Source of the DNA: Octopus sinensis
Taxonomy: Eukaryota
Direction of reading: 5' to 3'
Assembly (NCBI RefSeq): GCF_006345805.1
Contig: NC_043001.1
Span: 89,714,001-89,778,000 of the forward strand
Length of the DNA stretch: 64,000 nucleotides
Numbering within the stretch: position 1 is the stretch's first letter; each line of letters opens with the position of its first letter. Below the pieces are notes generated by a model. That model was not told where the DNA came from, searched no databases, and worked only from the letters and a program-made list of their open reading frames with translations. The position numbers and the translations under genes are program-made. Shown in pieces: positions 13,913 through 26,979 of the stretch.

Positions 13913-13958
<46 letters not shown>

Positions 13959-13959
13959 A

Positions 13960-14360
13960 TATATAAAATACAAAATAGGACAAGAACGCAAAACATCCAG
14001 ACAACTAGGTGATACAAAAAGGGACAACAAAACATCTAGATAGACAATACAAAAAAACAAGGATGGGTCATTCGAAGCTTTCTATCCTCAATCAAGAACC
14101 AGATCATCCTCTCAATTTTGGATGATTAATCTTGAGATTGCTCCAATCTGGCCAGCCCAAGGAAAAACTAAGCTTAGAGCATTAGATTCCTTGGAAGAAA
14201 GCATCGAATGCATACAAAAACAAGGATGGAAAAACAGACAATGTTACACAAATATAAATACCATATAAATACTATAAAAATAATAACAGGACATAACAAC
14301 AGGTGTCTTTTGACTGGGGACGAATTGAATTCAGCTGGCATGTGTGGAAATGAAGCCTTA
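13960..14360. mobile_element. Probable Penelope-like terminal-repeat-derived fragment next to (TA)n
   Basis: Non-coding repeat with composition and microsatellite context like the other PLE-end fragments here; no ORF homology seen. Confidence 0.3.
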
Positions 14361-14542
14361 CGGCAGAGATACAAAAGTTTCACAAACACAGGGAAGAATA
14401 TTGATGTTGCACAGACTATGGTCAGATATATATATGGATACACAAATTTCACAAACTCAGGGAAGAATATTGATGTTGCATGGACTATAGTCAGACTCAA
14501 AAAGGGAGCTAGCAGTCTGGCCTATGATATATATAATTGGCA

Positions 14543-14601
<59 letters not shown>

Positions 14602-14995
14602 TTGTTCAAGTTTAATAAAATTTGATATGTACTCAATGCATGAAGTATCATTGTTGGGCCTAAGGCCCGATGAAGTGCCTTTCACAGGAGCTAGCTTAAA
14701 AGCCACTTTTAAGTGTGTGTATGTGTGTGCAGGTGGGTGATTACACTATATTTGTAAATAAGTGTCACTGTCACGCAAGTGGAGTTTTTGTTTATAGTCT
14801 TCCAAAACATATATGTCTAGAAATGGAGAAATATTACCTAGCTTGGAAACAGGTGTGTGCTAGTAACATGTAAGGCATTCAGTTGTAGAAAATTTGTCTC
14901 AGCAAATTTTGTCTGACCCATGCTCCCATGGAAAAGTGGATACTAAAATGACAATGATGATATACAGGCATGTGTGTGTGTGTGTATGCGTGCAT

Positions 14996-15047
<52 letters not shown>

Positions 15048-15624
15048 ATGCCTTCTTCCTGTCATAATATTTGCATGCTGATTGAAAAGCAAGTCACTTC
15101 TTATACAAGCAGTGTCAGTTGTTAGCAATCTTCTGATGAGACATGTTTGGCTTTTGAGCTGTTTTTTCTTAATGGATAATTTTAAAGGAAATATTAGTTT
15201 TTGTTTGGAAACAGGTGAGAGTTGGTAATAGAAAAAGCATTCAGTGGTAGAAATTATTGTGCTTAAGTTTCATCTGATCCATGCAAGCACAGAAAAACAA
15301 GCATTGAAACAATGATGATGATAATGATGTGTGTGTGTATGTGTGTGGTGGTGGTTGGGGTATGTGTTTGTATTTATTTCACTTCTTGAGAACATATGAC
15401 TATAGCACAATTTTAAGTAGTGTTAAGCTTTTGAAATTTATAGATTGTCAGTTATCTTAACAACATATGTAAATACTCCCTAATATTTGCTCTAATCTAA
15501 CATTTCATATTTTCTTGATCTATCTTGATCTATTTTTTACGTTGTGTCTTTTATTTTCATTTCATTTCAAGCTTACTGTCATTTTGTTGACAATCATTTA
15601 TTGCCTATATTTGGAATTTTATAA

Positions 15625-15765
15625 TCATCATCATTGTTTAACGTCCACTTTCCATGCTGGCATCGGTTGGACAGTTTGACTGAGGACTGGCAAACCAGAA
15701 GGCTGTACCAGGCTCCAATCTGATCTGGCAAGGTTTCTACAACAGGATGCCCTTCCTAACGTCCT
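15625..15765 (-). mobile_element. RTE 3'-tail fragment
   Basis: catcatcattgtttaacgtccactttccatgctggcat... matches the 3' end of the RTE LINE at 4211-4380. Confidence 0.7.
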
Positions 15766-15892
15766 GTTTTAAAATGTACACTGACAGGTGATTGTGCTTG
15801 GTGTTGTGTTACCTCACTACTCATCTGAGCGGGGTAATGTTTCTGGATTGTCTGCTGTTGTAAATTTTCAATACCTCCATTTCATTACCTCC

Positions 15893-16362
15893 ATGAGTCA
15901 TTAATATGCAGGAGGATGTAAAAAACGATTGTATTTTCATAAATGCAATATTTATGGTAATTTTGTCTGGTGTAAATAGAAAATAACTATGGGTGAGACC
16001 AAACCATTTGAAAACCAAACTCATCTTTCCATTATTATGTTGACAACTGTCATGTAGATAGATCAATTCTTATGGAACATTTGTTACTTGAGTGTGAGAT
16101 ATTTTGATAGAATATTTAATAATGGATGTTGCTGTCACTCTTATTGGTTATGGTTTTCTTACTGAAAAATGAATTAAGGTTTTAAGCAGACCCTTCATGG
16201 TACAATCAGTAAATATATGGTTCAACATATATCTTTTCACTATAAAATGAGTCATTAATATGCAGAAAGATGTAAAAAACAATTGTATTTTCATAAATGC
16301 AATATTTATGGTAATTTTGTCTGGTGTAAATAGAAAATAACTATGGGTGAGACCAAACCATT
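15893..16362 (+). repeat. ~115-bp direct duplication (15893-16009 and 16248-16362)
   Basis: atgagtcattaatatgcag...gggtgagaccaaaccatt present twice with few mismatches. Confidence 0.85.
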
Positions 16363-16859
16363 GTGATAGTTGCAGTAATCATTGTCATTTAACTGTTTCT
16401 TTTGTTAGACATGTTCCTTCATTGAGTTTCATATAGGACTGAACTATGCCTATTCATAGAACTTACAGTAAGGTAAATGCAGCCAATGTATGAAGAGCAA
16501 TTTACTATATCTTTTTACATAGAGATCACTATGATAATGACAATGATATGAATAATGATGATGATAATGACAATAACTATAGGTTTTTTTCCTTATTATT
16601 GTCATCCAGGCCCATTCATTCAGACAATAAAATGTATACAAAGGTGTTACAAAATAGGTGGAGACGAATGAAAGAGAATTAATTATACATAAACAAGGGG
16701 CACACTAAAAACACTAAGCAGTATATTGAAGCATGTTAATTTTCTCAATTTTTAAAAAATTATGCTAAAAAATGAAACATATATGTATGTATGTATGTAT
16801 GTGTGTGTGTATGTGCGTGTGTGTGCGTGCGCATATAAATTAACTGTTATATCCATACA

Positions 16860-16891
<32 letters not shown>

Positions 16892-17234
16892 CATATATAC
16901 ATACTAATTTTTATTTATGGATTAACAAGACAACCGATGATTCCATGTGAAAAACTTTTCCACAATCCTCAAGTGATCCACTTGAGAATGTTGGTAATTG
17001 TCTCCATTTTGGATGAGAATGCTGGTAATCACCTCTATTTTGGATGAGAATACATGAGGTTATGCTAGTGTATGTGGGATTTCAAAATAGATACACAGAT
17101 CAGCAGAGGTGACTTATAAGACTTTTTTAATGGTTATCTCTCTTGCATTGGCCCTGGATTTTTGCAAGAATTTACATTCATCCTAAATGATTAATTAATT
17201 TGTTAATTATCTTATGTCAGAACGTTCATGCACA

Positions 17235-17286
<52 letters not shown>

Positions 17287-17653
17287 AACAGCATGTGTTT
17301 GTTGGTGTTTGAGTATGTAAATGTTTTATCATTTATGGTATTTCACAGGTTTAGAACACAAAATTAGTCCATGAAGCTGAAAGTTCACAAAAATATTTAG
17401 AAGTTCATATTCATATATTTTTATAAATCGTGTAATGACATGAGTATTTGTTATATATATTTGTATAGTTAAGTATTTCAATATGAGTTTCTGGAGTTTA
17501 TCCCTGTAATGTATATTATGTATGTAACTGATATTCAAAAGTTTACCCAGATTGGGTTGGTGGCTAGGTGGGTGAGGGGTCATGCTTGAAGTTTCAAACT
17601 TTAAATTGTTGTTTGTGCTTATAAAGGAGAAGGTTTCTTCACTAATATTAAAA

Positions 17654-17945
17654 ACTACCAGTATCGCCCGGCGTTGCTCAGGTTTGTTTTGACCCTTTAG
17701 AATTGGTATTTTTGAAAAGTAAAAATTTTGCATTATGTAGCTTGTTATTCTCTTTAAGTGAACATTTTTCTGGTTGAAATACACCGAAAAATGGCAACAC
17801 AGCAGTCAAAAAATCGTAATAAATAGGGATTTTCATAGAAAAACAGCACCTTTTTGATGTAAATAATTTTTGGTGTTAACATGGTCCGATTTGAATTTTT
17901 TTTCTACGGAAGGAAGAGCAAGTCTTCTATCATACTCTCAATTTT
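17654..17945 (-). mobile_element. Non-autonomous Helitron-like fragment (3' end)
   Basis: Minus strand ends ...CCTGAGCAACGCCGGGCGATACTGGTAGT, a GC-rich hairpin before a CTAG-like end, related to the end of the 19834 element. Confidence 0.45.
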
Positions 17946-17949
17946 GGTC

Positions 17950-18915
17950 AACTTGCACTGCAGGGTCTTGGAGGAGATAGTGTTAGTTGAAGGCTACCAA
18001 ACCTGCCATACACAGACAACTTCAGCTTTATATATAGAGAGATTTTCACTGTTGATGTTATGATATTTAATTTCTCTGTGATACATAGGTTATGTTTTCC
18101 CTCCTGTCTCCTATATTTACTGACTCTATGATGGTCAAATTTACATGGGGGTTGTCCTCTCTTTAAGGGTCTATACCATATTTGATAAAGATGTTGTATA
18201 TTTTTGTTCTTGTCTCTAAACGAAGCCAAGTGCTCCATGTATCTTTCCTCTAAGGTATTTCCAGTCATTCTGATGATAGTTTTATTGTTCCATTCATATC
18301 AGTGATGCTGGCCCTGTACACCAATTCTTTTTCCAAGAACATATTCTTTAGGACAATTATTGAGGGATCTCCAATTACAAGATCTAATGTTCCTAATGTC
18401 ATTATTCTTATTTGAATGAGAACCATTGGTCCTATGTTAGGGAGGCAACTATAGCTAACTTTAACTGTATTTTTGTAAAATATCATGTGATATTTATATG
18501 AGTATGGAAAGTAGGTATCTGTGAGTTCCAGAAAATGTCTAGCTATATTTGTAGTGACATTCTTGTTGTATGGAGAAGTATAACAATATTTTTCTATGTC
18601 TATGTCTTTTCAGTCTATAGATGTTTGGTTTAAGGTAGGTTGTACTATTCTTAAAATTGGACCTTACTTGATGGATATGTAGAAGTGCAACCATTGAATG
18701 GTTCAAGGAAATTAAAGATAAGCCCAAATGTAAATTCATTCAGTTTGACATTGTGGAGTTTTACCCATTGATCTTCTAAGATCTCCTAAAGACACTTGAA
18801 TTTAGTAAAGTATATACAACCATCACTGACAAGTATATAATTTATACCAGCATTCTCAAGTGGATTGCTTGAAGATTGTGGTGATTTTTTCTATATGAAA
18901 CCATTGGTTGTCTTG
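17950..18915 (-). mobile_element. Degraded Penelope-like element (GIY-YIG endonuclease region)
   Basis: Fragments IFYKNTVKVSYSCLPN, LVYRASI, MTGNTLEERYMEHLASFR and LCITEKLNI match the Penelope linker and GIY-YIG region. Confidence 0.75.
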
Positions 18916-19833
18916 TTAATTCTCCTTAACTAAAGAACATTTACCTACTAAATGTGGTGTAGAGCACTCGTTCTCACTGTTTGATACTATTGTATATGCG
19001 TACATACATACATACATACATACATACATACATACATACATACATACATACATACATACATGCATGCATGCATGCATACATACATACATACATGCATGCA
19101 TACAGATATAATTAAAAGGGATATAAATTAAAGAAAACACAACTGAATTAGGTTAGGGCACCCCCTCAGCTCTGATCGTCTCCAACTTTCCCTAGTACTT
19201 TATCTATATATTGAAAGGTTCTTGTCAAGAATCAAAATTAAATTGATAGGAATGTTAAATTTTGAAAATTACACCAAAATTCTTGATAGTCAAAATGTAG
19301 CTCATGATTATGTGAATATAAGGAAGATGTTCCAGTTGTATTGAGTGGAAAATTAAGTAGAGTACCTTACAGTTTTAGTTTCATCTCTTTATGTTCTAAG
19401 TTCAAATTACACCAGTGTAACATTCTTCTTTTATTCTTCTAGGGGTAATAAAATAAAGCACCAGTCAAGTACTAGTATTGATTTAATCAACTGATTCCTA
19501 CTGAAAAATTATAGCCTTGTGTCTGTTGTAGAAAAAATCCTTATTTCCTACCCATTCTGCTTCTTTGTGATATGTTCAAAACCTACCTGGATCATTCATG
19601 ACTGATAATTATTTGTATTTCTTCTCATATAGTGGGAGAACTTAATGTTATCAAATAAATACTTGCATACATAAGTTTGGTAATGCTAAGAGAACTCAAA
19701 ACATGTGTTCATATGTTATTTTTTATTATTAGTAATTGGCAGAAGTTAGAGAGTGGCTCAAGGGCAGAGAAGTGCCAATGCATAAAACTCTTGACCCTTG
19801 AGTCACTCTGTAACTTCTATCAGTAATTAATAA

Positions 19834-20194
19834 CTAGCACTATGACCCGGCGTTGCCGGGTCATAGTGCTAGTGCTTGCATATACAGCTGCGTGCATGTG
19901 CACATACACGCGAGTACTGTCCAAATTTCCGACCAATCACATACAGCTAGCTGGCATTCAATTGGCGTACCAAGTTTCGGGCATTTTGATTGGGTTTTGG
20001 ATAGAAAATTCACAAAAAGGCACTTCTATTGATTTTTTAATGGCTTTGCAGGGTGACTGGGGAAATGTAAAGATGTGCACGACCACCCTTGGATGGTTTT
20101 AAATGACCATAGAAAGTACGAGCCCTCTAACTGAAAATTTGTGGATTTGTATAAAGGACACACACAGAGACATTTTGCCGTTTATATATATAGA
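19834..20194 (-). mobile_element. Non-autonomous Helitron-like element
   Basis: Minus strand starts TCTATATATATAAA and ends in a perfect 18-bp hairpin terminating CTAG|T. Confidence 0.7.
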
Positions 20195-20806
20195 AATACT
20201 AAAAAAATATATACTTGTATACATATCTGTTTTGTTAAATTGTACTGTATAATACTGAATGTTGTAGTGTAACATTAAATGGTACTGGCTAGTGCAGTAA
20301 GGCATTTAATGCTACAATGTAATAATGAAGAATAGTACTAAATTGTATCAAATGTTTTGATCAAATTTTTCTTTTTGCACATTATTGACTTGTATGTAGA
20401 AAATGTTTGAAACATATGGCAGAGAGTAGTAGTAGTAGCAGCAGCAGCAGTAGTTGTAGTAGTAGTAGTAGTAAGGATGGATGGGATAAAAGTTGTGGTA
20501 GTAGAAGCAGTGGTAGGGAGCTCGAGACTGTGGTGATGTTAGTTTTAGTAGTTGTCATGGTAGTGTGAGTATTTTTAATGAAGGTGGCTGTAGTATTGAT
20601 CATGAGGTTAGTATTAGCGATGATGGTGATAGTTGTAGTAGTGATAGTAGTGTTGATAATAATTGTGGTATAAGGGCCTGTGATGGTGACAGTAAAGATT
20701 GTTATGATGGTGATAATGACGATGATGATGACGATGATGATGATCATGATGACAACTGCCATATAATCTCTAACATTTATTCCATTTTCCTCTCCCTCAT
20801 TAACAG

Positions 20807-21017
20807 CCGGCTACGAATGTACAGTGATGACCCACCACCCTATGATGTGGTCATGAATCAAGATTATGTGGTCAGTGAGACTGTCACTGAATCAATGGCA
20901 TCAGAAGAGACCGCAGTCAACTTGGATGATGAGGAGGCATTCCAGAGTGCTGATGAAGAATGCTGCCTGGAAGCACCACCTTCCTATGATGAATTTATGA
21001 GGACTTCCAGATTATGA
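20807..21017 (+). CDS. Terminal coding exon of PPxY-rich protein: (S)RLRMYSDDPPPYDVVM...EAPPSYDEFMRTSRL*
   Basis: ttccattttcctctccctcattaacag|CCGG acceptor in phase 2; two PPxY motifs (PPPY, PPSY) around an acidic stretch; TGA at 21015-21017; AATAAA at 21701. Confidence 0.85.
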
Positions 21018-23339
21018 GGTCATGGACAGGCCTACTCATTGGTGGCCTCCTTTCTCATTTGTCATTGCCCTCACCCTGCATGGCAAATTCCTCTTCCCAT
21101 CACCACTGTCTATTTTTTTTTTTTTGAAGAGGAATGTTCATTGTTGCTGAACCCTCTCATTCTCTATCCACTCTTTGTCCTCAAAACCCCTCTCACATAC
21201 ATCTGATATATTCTCACTACTACTTCAAGGTGTTTCTGGTAAGTTCTACCTGTTTATTGTATGACAAAAAAAAATGGAAGCAAAAATATACAGAAACAAA
21301 AGAAAACTAAGTGAGGATGGAGTAGGGTATTCCAGAATTTTATGCATGGAGTCTTTTCATAGCAGTAAGCCATGGTCTCTATTGGGCTGCAGGAAGCCAG
21401 TAGACAGGTGTGTACACATATGTGGACACCAGGTAAGTAGTTAGGCTGTAAGGTAGACATGGAGGACTTTCAGTAAACTTAGAGGCTATAAGCTTAAACT
21501 TTACAATGACACATCTATACATACACATGCACCAAAACTAAAGGTTATAAGCTTGTTCTTTACATATGCAAATACATGTATGAACTCATTACAGAAATCA
21601 AAGCTATGGTTTGATACTTTTATAGCCCCACAAACACACTGACACTGCTAAAAGTCTATGGATTTGCAATTTCCACTCTATTTAAACCAGTTCTGGTTGT
21701 AATAAATCCATATAATCTTTTTACTGTGTACAGGGCCCATATTTAGTAGAGTATTGGGTATAGCTCAGTAACTTGATTCCAGTATATTACTGGTACTTAT
21801 TACAGTAAAGTATCTAATACTTTACTGTCCCAGCCATCTTCACCACTGCCCTATGTTGTAACCAATAGAGGTGAGTGCCAGGTAATCAAAGGTAAGATTT
21901 TCTTGAGTTGAATCCTGTAACGTGGGTTTGGGCTTCTCTTCACTTCTATGAAAGAACTGAGTGGATAAGGTATTCAGCTACCAGATCATAGTTCAAACCA
22001 TTAAAGCACAGCAGTGTCTTTATGGTTAGAACATTTCATTCTTTATTGACTCAGTTTATTTGGGTGCAGAGTAAATAGATACCAGATCTTCAGGTAAAGT
22101 TTATCTGTGATTGACTGGTGTCCTGTTCAGGGCCCCTTATACATTTGTTGCTAATGAAACCAGAATTTAATACCATTTTGGCCTACTGAATTATGCTGAG
22201 ATTAATACACAACAAGAGGCTGCTAGTCACCTTAGGAAAACGCACGAATGTCACTTCCAGCCATCTCTTTAAAATACCTGGCCTTAGTTTGCAGTCAAAA
22301 GAAACCAATTCTGAAAAGCCTACATTATATTTTTACAATAATATTCTAAATCTATCATTGGTGTTTCAATCCTTGTATCTATCTACTGCAGATAATTGTA
22401 CAATGTTTCTAATAGTGATAAGGATTTCTGATTTGCCAAAAAATATACATATATATATTTTATAAGTAAACCTGTTTAAATTTTGGTAAATTTTCTTGTA
22501 TATGTAAGTAAAACCTGGTCCATTGGTCAGTGAGGATTTTGTGAGTTGTGTGTTCATGACTATAAGATATAATTGTGGGTACTGTTTTTTTTGTCGTAAA
22601 TTTACCTCCCTTATTCTTTGAGAGTCACTAACAACTAGCACTAAGTGTTTGTTTTCTTTCTTCAATTAAGAGGGAAATTTCAATTAATTAAAAATTTTTT
22701 TGCATATATCATTCAGTACATCAACACCTATTAGAACATTTTTAGAGTGCTGCATTTATTAAAATAAATGAAACTATATAATACAAAGAGTATAGTTGCA
22801 AAATTTATTATAGGTACTAAGCCTAAGTCTTTGGATCTGTACATGCAGGATCTACCTAAAGCAGCTCTAAGATGTCTCTAAGTATTACTCCTGCAAATAA
22901 AACCCCAACATGTGCAACTATTTTTGCTTCAAACCCTGCACTGAAAACATACATACACAGCAAAAACAAAAAAAAGCAACAAAAAAAATCTTCATCCTTC
23001 AAAATTCCTCTTTATCTCCAGCAGCTTCACTTCCATAAACACAAAGTTACCAAATGTGAAAATTTTTCTAAGCACTCTAATCCCACAAGATAACTGGTTT
23101 TAATGCTATTCCATCCATTACTCTTATACATTGTACTCGCAAGCTTGCTTGTATTCTCACCAAACCCTTCAATTTTTCTCTCTCTACAAAGATAATCCAC
23201 CAATTGGTAGATTATCTTTTTGGTTTCAGTTAATCATCAGTATGGTTTATGTAGAACCAGACTATCAGAAACTCGGTCTGTTGTGTTTTTCACTAGTAGT
23301 TCCCTACTCTTTAGAACTAATATACTCATTAGAAGTAAT

Positions 23340-24000
23340 ATAGTTTATCCTTGATGTCAGAGAAACCTTCAACCATGTCTTATATGAGAACCTCATAGCT
23401 AAGATGCCTAGCTATGGACTCTGCTTGTCTCTTAAATCTTCCAAGTATCTTATCAGATTATTCAATTGCAAGATGCTCTAAATTTTATCAGCTCTAATGT
23501 ACAACTAGGCTTTGTTGTAACTCTTAAATTCTTGGAGAGATGACAACTTGAACTCTTTCAACAGCACAAAGACACAATTACTTCACATATCTTTGAAAGA
23601 GTCCTACAAAACCGCACGTGAATAACTTATAACTAAAACTCAAAAGTCTAGCCTCACAGTCTCTGATAACATTCCCAAAACTGCATCAAAGAGACTAGGC
23701 TTTCTGTTCAGGACCTGAATATACTTCAGTAATAATTAGTTTCTGCCACCATAGAAAGCTTAAGTAGTACAAACATTACAGTACTATTCATGTGTGGTTC
23801 TCTGATGCTAAAAGAAGGCTTTTCAACTGATTGATAACGATTCACACATCGACATTTTACAACCAGACCCTCTTAATATAAGCTGCTCTGTTCCTCTCAT
23901 TATTTCTGCTGTACCTCATTCTCAAACCTCACTCTAAGCTCTTTACCCAATCTTCTAAAAACAAAACCATAGGCAGAGAAGACATACAGGACGTTCTCCT
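23340..24000 (+). mobile_element. Degraded CR1/L2-type LINE RT fragment
   Basis: ILDVRETFNHVLYENLIAKMPSYG resembles LDxSKAFDRVWHxxLLxKLxSYG; KTASKRLGFLFR further downstream. Confidence 0.6.
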
Positions 24001-24059
24001 TTCCTATGGTTCAGCTGATAGAAGGCAATGACAAATAAGATAATGTAATCTTACATACA

Positions 24060-24680
24060 CCTACATTCTGAGTTCAAATTCTGCTGAGATTAACTTTGTC
24101 TTTCATCCCTCAAAGGTTGATAAAATAAAGTAGCAATCAAGTTCTTGGCTCTATTCAATTGACCAATCCTCTAACTTAAAAAGTTGCTGACCTTTTTCTT
24201 AAATTAGAAGAAATTATAATGTGGTTAATTTGCAGAATCAGAGTTTTGGACAAAAAATTGCTTAGCAAAATATTTCTTCCAGCTCTTTAGGTGCTGAGTT
24301 CAAATGTTATTGAGGTTGGCTTTGCCTTTCATCCTTTTGGAGTTGATAAAACAATTTACCAGATGAGTGCTGAGATTGTTGTAATTGACTTTCCCTCCTC
24401 TCAAAGTTGCTGTCCTTGTATCTAAGTTAGAAATAATAATAATAATTATTATTATTGTTGTTGTTGTTGTTGTTGTTATTATTATTAAGACAGCAAGCAC
24501 TTTGTCCACCTTTATGTTTTGAGTTCAAATTCTGCCAAGGTCGACTTTGCCTTTCATCCTTTCAAGGTTGATAAAACAAGTACCAGTTAAGCACTGGGGT
24601 TGATGTAATCAACTTACTTACCCTGTCTCCCAAAATTTCTGGCCTTGTGCCAAAATTTGAAATCATTATTATCATTATCA
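24060..24680 (+). mobile_element. Cluster of three SINE family A copies
   Basis: Three GAGTTCAAAT...TTTGCCTTTCATCC cores near 24070, 24295 and 24520. Confidence 0.7.
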
Positions 24681-25304
24681 TTAGCTGGCAGAATTGCTAG
24701 AGCACCAGAAAAAATGCTTGCAGTATTAGTTCTGAATTTTTACATTCTGAGTTGAAAAAAATAAAAAATAAAACTAAAATTTATTGTCACTAGCTGGAGT
24801 TGAACTCTTGTCAGACTAAAAAAAATGTAAGCCACATTATGAGACTATTTATTGAATCAGATGTCTATGTTGATTTCTTATGTAGGCATAAGAAAATGAA
24901 ATTTTATATCATTGCTGCTCTCTGAAACTGGGGTGAATGTCAAATTTGATTCTGGAGGGATTTGAACTCTGAACATTTAGTTCATTTCTTTACATTCTAC
25001 CACCACGATGAATTATGCTAACAACGACAACAACAATAATGTTAATGACATCTCTCATCGAAGATGGCATATGAGTCTTCTGTTTGTGCTGGATGACCTT
25101 CACAGATGCTTTGTTTATAGTGATCAAATGTCCCTCCATCAAATTGACATTGCCTGTACTGGTGTACAAGTGTCAAAATGATCACAGAACAGTATGAAAT
25201 GAAGTGTTTTGCTCAAGAGCACAACTCACCATCCTGTCTGGGAATTAAACCCACAATCTAGTTAGTGCAACATCCTAAGCACTAAGCCAATAGTAATAAT
25301 AATA

Positions 25305-25360
<56 letters not shown>

Positions 25361-26979
25361 AATAAATGATTTTCTTTTCATAAAGTACAAAAGTTGTGTA
25401 TTTTGGTGGATAATGGGGGTGGCTTTCTCAAGGGTATTAATAGCATAAGTAAACTCAAAAGAGCTTTCACCAGGCATTTAAACCTCATCCCAATCTCCGC
25501 TTACTCCTTAATAACTATGAAACTGAAGAATATTTTAAAAGATGTGAAGTTAGTCTTAGCATGAGAATAGTACTGTGACCAGCTGTTCATGAGGTTAGAG
25601 AGAAAGACTGGACATGGGACACACACTATTGAAATTGTCATTGTCTCTCTCACCTTTACCAATGATAGCATTTCATCTCAAGTATTATTAACCTTATCTT
25701 TAAAGTGTATATGTATTTATATTTACACCATTTTGACTGGTTTGATCTCTGATCATCATCAGGTGTCTTCTCAGATATGTATATAGTCACTGACTGGTTT
25801 TTGATAAGGAACATTTATTTCTAAAATAAAATCACTGGTTACTATGATATAACATAATATGATATTGTAAATATTTACTGTAAAGATGAGCTTCATAGTC
25901 TGAATAAATTATAATCTTCTTACCAACAAATCATTTAAGATATTTAGACATTTAATAAATACTGAAATAATTGATAGAAGAACAACAACAGCCGAACATT
26001 TAACAATTCCTCTGTATTTATATGAACTGAAAATTAAATACTTCTCATATTGTATCGCAAATATATTAAAATCTTTTTAAAGTTTCACTCAAAAATATTG
26101 TTTCTTATATTTAAAAATACATTATTTTCTTCTTGGTGTTGTGCTTGTAGTTATGACAGAAGTTGTTTTATTATAAGCTTTATTACATTGCTGAAATCTG
26201 ATTCTGTTGTATCACATTCTACACTATGATAATACCCCTAATTGCATTAAGTGTCCATTGTGTAAAAGTAGGATTTTTTAAAACCTTAACAGGGAGATGA
26301 CATTGCAATTGACATTATCAGCCTTCTGAACTAATTTGTTGTTGTTGAGATAGCTGATCAAAGAAACACTCAATAAATATCTCTAGACTTGATCATGCCC
26401 TATGTTTGCATTGTGAATTATTTTGCTCTAAAATTTCAGACATACATCCCTTAGTGCCTGTGCTACTCTATAATATTCTAGATATTTACTTGTATATTCT
26501 CCATTTTGTTATTCATATATAAAAGTATCTAGTCAACATCTACACACTGTATTTATCCATCTGGTTTGTGATAGCATGATGCTAGCATTGTTGTGGCATG
26601 CCATGCATTTTGCACATAATCAGATCTATTCTAGATAACTACCTGTTTGATGTAAGTAACAGTTTTTATGGTGTGCTGCTTGGATAACATGTGTCAATCA
26701 TAGAATCCTCTTATAACAGATATCTGAAGATTTGAATTTATTATAATGAACAAATATAATTATTGTAAACACAATTAGTGATGAAGATTTACAACTCTAA
26801 TAATGAGTTAATGACTCTAAAATGAAGTCTAATAAACTCTGAAATTTTCATAATGCTGTAAAAGCAGAAGCATAGCTAATACAGTTTAACTTAAAACTGC
26901 TTATAGAAGACACATAACCTGTTCAAACCAAAAAATTCTTTGCATTATACAGTATCAATCTATATATGAAAAGGTAAGA

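Noticed and set aside
17329-17784. 151-aa minus ORF
   Set aside because: AT-rich, runs across a Helitron-like boundary, no motif
20565-20806. 5' part of the 150-aa ORF (Asp/Ser-rich)
   Set aside because: (GAT)n-like intronic repeat upstream of a clear acceptor at 20806; only 20807-21017 is treated as exon
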